Assembly (NCBI GenBank): GCA_951406725.2
Contig: OX597816.1
Span: forward strand, 89,218,001-89,282,000
Direction: 5' to 3'
Origin: Octopus vulgaris
Taxonomy: Eukaryota
Length of the DNA: 64,000 nt
Positions 54,751-64,000 of the stretch are shown here, piece after piece. Numbering within the stretch: the stretch's first letter is position 1; the number at the start of each line of letters is the position of its first letter. A model generated the notes under the pieces. It searched no databases and was not told the origin of the DNA. It saw nothing but the letters and a program-made list of their open reading frames with translations. The translations under genes and the position numbers were made by a program.

Positions 54751-56568
54751 ATACATACATGCATGTATGCATACATACATACATGCATACATACAATACA
54801 TACATACATACATACATACATACATACATACATACATACATACATACATACATACATACATACATTATAGTCTGTCCTTTATAATCTACAGTGGCTGTTC
54901 ATATTTACAGTTGTGTGTCACATATGTAGATGCCACCCCTGCCACATATTTCTTTCCGCTGCTGCTGAGATCAAGCTCTGTTTATCAATGCACTTTTCAA
55001 ATGACAGTGTATAAATGGGAAGTCTGCTTTATAAATGTCTAACGCTACCGCGTATAATGCAAACAACATCCTGAAATTTTCATACGTTACGTTTCACTTT
55101 TTTATGGGTTATTCGATTTTTTAACTGCATACTAGTTGTCTTAGTTATAGAGTGCTATTCGCTGATATGGTTTGTGTTTGCCGAGATTAAAAACATTTCT
55201 AGATGAAAAACATGTTCAGTCAGTGTCCAATATAGGCCTTGGATATTTCAGACAATTCCTCTAACAAGCTCGAAAGAAACGAATAGGTAGAAATATGGTT
55301 GTAAACTTCCAAATCCTCAAGTTTGTATATATATCACTACGTACTCATTGCCAAAGTACGTTAAGATACTAATATGGATAAAAGTTACTTTGTTCTATTC
55401 CTTAAAATTTGATGCTTGATAGTACTAGGTATGCTAGTTATGAGAGGTATCACGTAATGAGAGGTATCACGTACCACGATGTTCGATAGTACAAGTTACC
55501 TACAAGAGATTAGTCTTGCAAACGCTTGTACGGGCAGCATGAATACTCCTGTCTAAATATCGGTTTCCATATCAACGTGTCGAGAAAGAATCACGATGAC
55601 TGGTGGAAGCATCAACTGGATTTCCATATGTCAAGACAACATACAATACATTAGGACTTTAAAACACGGGGTTTTCTATCTCCTATATGATTTCTGATTA
55701 GAACTAAAAGTATATCATTGTTGAGTGTTTTTCATCTCTAGTATTTATTCTATCCCAGGCTTTGTTTCCTGACAGTCTTTGACCCGTGATGGGTTCCTCC
55801 ATCTTTTGACATTAGAACTAAATTTTTCGTAGCTGTTTATTCATAGTTTCCCATGTTCGTTTATTAAAATCAACATATAAAAGAAAGAAACTTGCAGCTT
55901 GATATTGTTTGAAACATTTGATTAAAATAAGACTTCCATAACTGAATATTATTATCATTAGATATATAAATAAATGTGATGTATTATACACGAAATATTA
56001 GGTAAAAACAGAGGAAAACTGGGATGTTGGACAAGAAAGAGTTATATAAGGAGACAGAGGAAGTTTTATCAAAATAAATGTATAACATAGCGTGGGTGAA
56101 GAGCGATAAGGAAAGAAAAATAGAAAGAGAAGGAAAAAAAGAAATAAACAAACAACAACGAGATGGCAAGAAATGTGACGATTTTAATTATATCTTAGTA
56201 CGTTTATCATTATACAAGCATTTCTGTTAACGAAATCCATAGTTATAAGAAGTGAGGGAGAAAGAATAAGAGCAAACTGGCTGAAGATAGACTATTTGAA
56301 AGCAAGAGAGTGGTGAAGACAGAAACAATAAGAAGTAGAGCGAAGTACCATTTGTGATGGGGTTTACAAAACGCTAGAAAGATATTTGATAGCCCTAAGC
56401 ACAAAATGCTCTGTTTCTTGTCTATGTGTGAGTATATATAAATAGATAGATAGATAGAGAGAGAGAGAGACAGTGTGTGTGAGAGAGAGAGAGACGGACG
56501 GACGGACAGACAGACAGAGTCAGATAAAATAAAATAAGCCTATGAAGCAGATATGGCTGCAATATATA

Positions 56569-56677
56569 CGAGGAGTGTATGAAAAGTCTTGAGCCTAAAA
56601 AAACCCATGGTACAAGACTTCTGATGAAGGTACAAGACTTCAAGGCTCAAGGCTCAAAACTTTTCATACACCCCTCG
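56569..56677. mobile_element. Mariner-derived MITE (about 110 bp)
   Basis: TIRs CGAGGAGTGTATGAAAAGTCTTGAGCCT and AGGCTCAAAACTTTTCATACACCCCTCG, with TA at the left flank. Confidence 0.85.
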
Positions 56678-58882
56678 CATATAGTGAATAGTTTGTCAAC
56701 TTTTTTGTTATCATTCATCAGTGAGTCGGACAGCTGTAAGTTTAATTACATCATTTATATCTTTTGTTGCTTAAATCTAGCTTAGAATCTGTATTTAAAG
56801 GCGCGAAATATGTTACTCTAAGCTTTCGTTATCGAACTGCCCCTCTCCCCCAAAAAGTCAAGACAATGCTTGAATGTGAACCAAATACGACAGAATAATT
56901 TCTGTCACTAATTTCCAGACATTATCAAAACAACGTGGGATACTCTTTAATAAAACAGCACAAATGTTAGCTGCTTAGGAAAAGAAAGCAAGTTAATCAA
57001 CAGCGAATCGAGGCCATGTAATCTACAGGACAATAATATTGTAAAAATTGTTAGAATTTACAGCAGATCCACAAGTTGTAGAATATATGTACCTTCTTTA
57101 TCGTTGCACGTTTGGAAACTAAAAGATAATAATAAAATATAATATGAATATGAATATAAATATAAACTATGCAATAGTAGATAATTCCATGCATATATGA
57201 ATTGTCTTTAGATATTCTTCCAGTGACCAGCAGGAAATTATAACATTACTATGCAATAGTTCTGATGCTCAACAGAATAAACTATTAGGCAACGTACAGC
57301 AGATATTAGAACTAATTCCTTTTTTAATTATAATCTAAATTGCAAGCATGGTAAATATTTTGATGACACAATAACAGTAGAAATCAAATTATCTTGTGAA
57401 AATCAATGATAGTTTAGAGACACAACGATAATTTAGAGACACCCAGAAATACATCAACTATATTTGTAACAGCTTCAAATATAAAACAATTTATCAAGTC
57501 AATAGAAAGACATCTAAAAACTGGAACAAATGAATGATATATCAAAACCTATTTAACGTGTTTAGATCCAAGATAACAAAAGATAATTTGATGAAAGAAT
57601 GTAGGTGACGTAAACAACAGACATCAACTAATGAATAAGAGACACACAAATATAGGACAATAACAAAGCAGGATACATCGTGCAAAATAGGATAATTTTA
57701 TGCAAAAATAAGTAGGGACTGAACTACTCATGAAAAAGCCAATTAGTAACGATATTTCCGTTAAAAATCGGGGAGGCAAGAACAAGACGTGAAAATATAT
57801 GCTGATAAACAAGTGCTAAACATAAGAATGTAAAGCGGAATATTCAACAAACGACCTCGAATGCAAAATAACTACATATCAACAATGAGTTTAGAAGAAC
57901 AAGGTACTATCGATATAATAAACACGTAGATCCAACAACTAAGGAATCCATCAATGAATCAGTGACACATATATAATGATGTAGTATAAAAAAGATGTGA
58001 TTATGCAACAATCATTTCTCATTATTCTTTAAGTTGGCTAATGGCAAATAATATACAGACATGCTATTTCTGAAAAGCGGGAACTAGGATTTGCATATAA
58101 ACGATAACAAAGCCGACCAATGAGAAATTAGATCAACCATCAAATTAGCGAAAGAAACAGAAGTAGCCTTAGAAAACACCTAAAAAACAGCATCGAACAT
58201 TAGCTAATATAAAATGTGCTTAATCCAATGGATGCCATTCAGCTGAAATACCGGAAAAAAAGAGTTGATGATTAGTTGTCTGTTTTAAACGGAATCTTCT
58301 GAAATATATTTGGCTTTGTCTACGTGTAAATCAAATTATAAAATAATTTGCAACCCAAAATGAAAAAGACTAAAATATTTACTTACCTCCACAATTATTA
58401 AATATAATTACGTGAACAAACTTTAAAAAGTGAATTGAAACAAACGCTATGAGGAAATTGATTTAGTAAAACTCTCGATAAAATAAATCTAGAGGAAAAA
58501 GTCTAGCGATGTCTATAGAGGAGTAAACATTTTTTTCATTCCTCATGATTTCCTCCTGATAACGCTGCATTTAAATCATAAGATTTCACTCTCTGTAGAA
58601 AAATAGATGGAAGTATTAAAGGTAATTTGAAGTGTTTATTTCCATATGTGATGAAAATAATACGGAAGGATATCGACGTTACTGTTGAGAATTGGGAAGA
58701 CATGTTTTCATGATTTGATTTTTTAAGAAGTTCCTGAAGTCAGTTTATTTACGGAATTTACTTTCAATTAAATTATAAAGTTCTATTCATATAACAAGTG
58801 CGCGCATGTGCGTGTGCATAAGAATCTGCATGTATGTTAGTGTGACTCTTCTTTACAAGTGTTATGCATCTTTGTGTACGTT

Positions 58883-58937
<55 letters not shown>

Positions 58938-61900
58938 TAGATAGATACAGAGAGAGATACATACATACATACATACATACATAAAACTTACTTGGGAGGG
59001 GATGCATGGCGTTCAATCATATAATAATATAAATAATATATATATATATATATATATATGCATATATAAACACGTATATGTACATACTTACATCTATAGG
59101 TAGGTAGATAGGTAGGTGTACATATGATGTATATGTCGATAGTACCAACACGAGCCCACTGATAGAGTATATTAACACTGTTTCCTAAGTCATTCACCTT
59201 CTCGAAGTTTTTCCCATAGAATCAGTGTGTCGACAAAAGAATTACTCGTCCATTATACTGCTCATCTGGTCAACTAAAATATTTATTTGTCCTATTAATC
59301 GCATGAAATATATATTAATATACATTCGATTTAAATGTTTGTTTCATTCATTTTTCACTTTGTATTCATTTCAATTTAAAATTTAGATTCTTGCAATGTT
59401 AGAGAGTCAAAACATTGTAGATTTTAGCCAGAGAACAAAAACCACAAGATGTAGAATGGAATAATATGAATGTACTTACGTATAGCAACATTTTACACTG
59501 TCAAACTAAAGCAATATATGACTGGTTCATATTACAGCTGTATCTCAGAGACAAGTTTTTTTTTATTTAGTATTAAATAGTAAGAATTCAAAAAGAACGA
59601 AAGCTTCGAATAATGCGAAACGGAATTTGAATAAACTTCATATACAAACACAAAGGCCCATTGTTAAATAGAAATGTGAGTTTATTTACGTCTTTGCTCA
59701 ATATATATATATATATATAAATATATAAATATATATGACAAAGAGCTATACTCGAAACATTATAAACATATTCTTTTTTCCACCTTTACCGATACCCTTT
59801 CATGTGTACCTCCTTTTCACTTATGTTGTTTTGATATTTGTGATTTTTAATTTTTTAATTTCTATATGCCTCTGTGTGTGTGTGTGTGTGTGTGTGTGAG
59901 TGTGTGTGTGCCTGTGTCTGTGTGTGTTCTCAAAGGCATACCCGCATGCACCTTTCAACATTAATTGGCTGGTGATGATCTTGCTAAATGCTCTTGCTAT
60001 ATGCTCTTGCTTGTGGCATGTTTCTCCTATCAACGAAACATCAGCAACACTAATCCTGAAAACCTAACCAGGAAAGCTTTACACATTGGAAACGGCGCCT
60101 CTGCACTCACTATTACTACTGCAGCCGTCAGTTAAACCCACTAGTATTAACATCACCGTTACCACTCACTGTGGATAACATTCTTAACTCTGTCACCATA
60201 ACCATCAATTCAAATACCATCACAGCTATCTTTCTGCAAACACTACTACTTTAACGTCAAACGCCAACCATTAATACTCACAAAACATTAATACCATAGA
60301 TATCAATGCCACAGTCTCTATCACACTAGAATCAGTGACACACATCCACACACACATACATACACACACACACACTGCTATAAAATAATAAAACAACTAT
60401 ACAAGTACTCGCTCACAACATCACAATCGTCCACCATCGTTCTATCAACTTTTTATGACTTATGACAGTATATCTCATTGGTAGCTTTGGTTCCTTCAGT
60501 GATGGTGACTAACGTATGACAGGCAATATATGTTCGTCAATGTTTCAATGTTTTTATGTGTATTTATGTGTTACAGACTGAGTGTTAAATCCTTATGCAT
60601 AAGAATCTAATAATAAAAAAGGTTCTCAAATATAAACAAAAAGGCATAAAAGCAACGTTAGCAAAACCGAAGAATTTTTTAAAAAATAAGCATAAAACAC
60701 AAACAGTTGCACAAACACACTTTCATGGATACACATATATTTGCATGTGTATATGTGTCTATATGTGTACACACACTCGCGCGCACACACACACACACAC
60801 ATACACACACACATATATATATAGACATTATGTATGTATGTATGAATCTAAGGCAAAACCTTTGATATATATTCACGAAACAAACACGCTATCTTAAAAA
60901 TAGGATGTTTGGTTATAAAAGTAATTAGGTTTTCCATGTGATGAATATTTCATGTATATACTTTGTTAAAATTAATTCTACATATTAATAAATAAATGTG
61001 TTTTGTGTGAATGAGTATGTGCATATGAACATGAAAGCGGTTTCTGAAAAATCATGTGTGTGTGTGTGTCGTTTCCGTTAAATATGATTATACAGAAAAC
61101 AGTTTTTTCATCAGCTGTGGTAATTGTACTCGAGGAAGTTTCCGTAGCAAGTCCACTCATCACTGTCGAGTAGAGAGCAATTTTATTTATTAATCTTGGA
61201 AGCAATCAGGTGTTGAGGAACCCAATGGACCAGCTTGGACTCCTTTCCTATTTCATAAAGATCTTTTATGGTTGAGGTGTGATTTAAATTTGTTTTACTA
61301 ATTCTCGGGTAGTTTGCTTTGGATTTTCCTTATTTCTCAGAAGTTCAGTATTGACAAGTGTTTTGTCGTCCTGAACGAAGGGCCGCTGCAAGAGAAAAAA
61401 CCTGAGTGAAACTGGCCAAATCATCGTTGACACGTGCGGTCACTTAAGGCTTCATTTCCTTAGACAGAAGAAATATTTCTTGCTGCTTCCACTGCCGAAG
61501 CGCCTCCTTTGAAGTCATACAGCTTGCAGTATCTGATACAGGTCTGATCTAAACTCATTTTAAAAGCGATAAAATATTGCAATGGTGTATGTATGAAGTG
61601 ATTTGTAATGATAGGAATAGCAAACTTTAAAATGTAAAAAATTAATACGTATTTTCCGATAAGTATTGAAAAAGTATTTTCAAAATGATCATGTCAAAAA
61701 TGCAACAGAATTTTGTTTCTAACTTAACAGAAGACACTTGTCCAAGGTGTTGCGCAGTATGAAACTGCATAGTTCTAAAGCCACCTTGTAAGCCATGCAG
61801 CCCTGTCTGCGCTACTACATGCATGAATATGCCTCTGTATCATGCTGTCAATAATTGTTTTATATGCCTGTGTAGTAGCTAGTAGATACGCACAAATCAC

Positions 61901-61964
61901 TTGATCCAGCGGAACACCGACGTTGTTTCCAGCGTTCAAGTGTACCAAACGACTCCTGGTTGGT

Positions 61965-62092
61965 ATTCGGTTGGTATGCATTTTCATTTGAGTGAATTGA
62001 ATCATCATAAAATGAAGCACTTTGCTGAAAGACACAACGAATCGAAGCCACGATGCTATCATCTCGAGATCAACACTCTAACAATTACGCCA
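61965..62092 (-). mobile_element. Decayed SINE family B variant
   Basis: AAATGAAGCACTTTGCTGAAAGACACAACG...AATCGAAGCCACGAT matches 42207-42270. Confidence 0.6.
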
Positions 62093-62584
62093 CACACTTT
62101 CACACACAACCACATACAGAAATATGATTAAATATATTATCATATACTTTATACATGTGTGTATCTGTATGTACGCGTGGGAGTATTACATATCAAGTAT
62201 TAACAAATGATTGTTGCCATAGCGACTGGCAATATGGCTCGGAGTAGTTGTGAGCTATTGTGATTATTTTTAAAAGTTTTGTTAATGTGTCAGATCTGAG
62301 GCTAGTGTTAGCTGCTAGACTGCTTGTCGACTGTTTAAAACATATTTCTCTATCATGGCGATTGTTGTTTAACATAGTGTCTATATTTTATCATGGCGAA
62401 ATAGTTATCATCTCCTATCTGCAATTATGACGTGTATTTTTTCACAGGGCGAGTCTGTTTTGCTATATTATCTCTACTAAAATACGATGTCTGCTTTACC
62501 AGACGTCAGTGCTAAGTTGATGTCGCATCTAATGTCACCACAGATAAACGGCTTTAATTTCCCCTCCATTTCTGACTCTCTCTT

Positions 62585-62618
<34 letters not shown>

Positions 62619-63029
62619 GCTCTCTCTCGCTCTCTCTCTTTCTCTGTCTCTCGCTCTCATTATCTCCCTCCGTCTTTCTTTCTTCGATGCATCTAGTCTT
62701 TACTTTTGCAAAAGAGATTTCAAAAACACGACGTATTGAGAGAGAAGATAAAATGTTGCTCTATTTATGAGAAAACAGTTTTATCTGTGGGTCAGGATAG
62801 TTGATGTGGTATTTAATTATGTATGTTTGTTTACTATAGCTGATTACAGCGTTGGATGCGGTGGTCGTTGTAGTGGTGGTCATGATGGTATTGGTGATGA
62901 TGCTAACGGTATTGTTGGTAACTATTCCAATGCTACCGATAGAAGTTTGATGATTCTGATTATCTATTAACACTGATTATCTATTAGTGTTATATTGTTT
63001 GCCGGTTTCATAATTCTAAAAATTCATAT

Positions 63030-63108
<79 letters not shown>

Positions 63109-64000
63109 TGTGTGTATGTATGTCTGTGTGTGTGTGCGCGCACGTTCGAGCATGTGTGTGTGTGACCGAATAACCTCCGCTTTATCACCCTCTCTTTCTA
63201 CATCACAACTCACAAAACCCCTAATGACTGTTACCTCCTTAATGTAATAAACACTCATCAAAGTATGTATGAAGTAAAAAATTTAAAACAGAGGAGAGAG
63301 ACAGACAGACAGACAGACAAATACAGACATGTGTTTGACTTATACATTACATACTGCCAACTATTTCACAAATCCTACTAGAGAGCAAAATAAAGGTTAC
63401 ATTCGAAGAATATAGTCCCCAGTACACAAAACACTAGGATTGTCTTAACTGGAATGCCGTCATCTTGATTTTTGTTCTATTGTTTCTTATCTATAATTAT
63501 ACAACAACTAAGTTTACCTCACTAAAGTGAAAGGAAGAAGTCTGCGTTGGCGCTCAACACCATAGAAATAGCAGTGAAAATTTTGTCAAACCAAATCTAA
63601 CCTTTGAAAATAGGAAACGAAATACTGGAAATGATACTTTGCTGAAGAAATATAGAAATCATGGCTTATTCTATATACATACATACAAGATAAATGTTCA
63701 TTCGTAATTGTCAACCGAGGAAAGATTGTCGACCATGTACATCTACGTCTTTTGTATCACCCCTATCTTTAATGATGATGCTGCCGTCACTAAAGCCTGG
63801 ATAAAAAAAGCGTACATCTGTAGACTCCAGTAAATATGGAACTTACAATTATATCATCGAATGCTTTTTCAGTGCCAGTGCTAGTACCAGCATTTAGGTA
63901 TTACCAGGCAGTTGACAGGATGCGCAGTCTGGATATCAAGACCTGAAAGGTACTGACCACCACTGAGAGACAAGGTGATGGCCGAAGTAGTATAAGGTCA

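Noticed and set aside
55439-55473. 17-bp tandem duplication ATGAGAGGTATCACGTA
   Set aside because: An ordinary slippage duplication with no further structure.
60030-60340. Thr-rich mucin-like coding stretch
   Set aside because: No sustained open frame appears in the ORF track. It is degenerate ACC/ACT low-complexity sequence.

Overview
This is AT-rich, microsatellite-dense eukaryotic DNA with no supportable host protein-coding gene, rRNA, true tRNA gene or CRISPR array. It is most likely intergenic or intronic. The tRNA-derived SINE families resemble those I associate with octopus genomes, but the taxon is an inference. The window is a mosaic of decayed transposable elements: three or four SINE families, four R4/Dong-like LINE fragments next to (TAA)n arrays, a Neptune-like Penelope element (RT plus GIY-YIG), CR1/L2-like LINE relics, Tc1/mariner, pogo and hAT relics or MITEs, and a Helentron-like element carrying an AP endonuclease. 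Almost all ORFs in the supplied track are microsatellite translation artefacts. The most unusual region is the 8.97-12.2 kb minus-strand composite. It contains two degenerate minimal hammerhead ribozymes, a Penelope RT whose YKDD segment is inverted between two perfect snap-back hairpins, and a possible head-to-tail ORF1-only retroelement. All alignments were done by eye and no searches were run.
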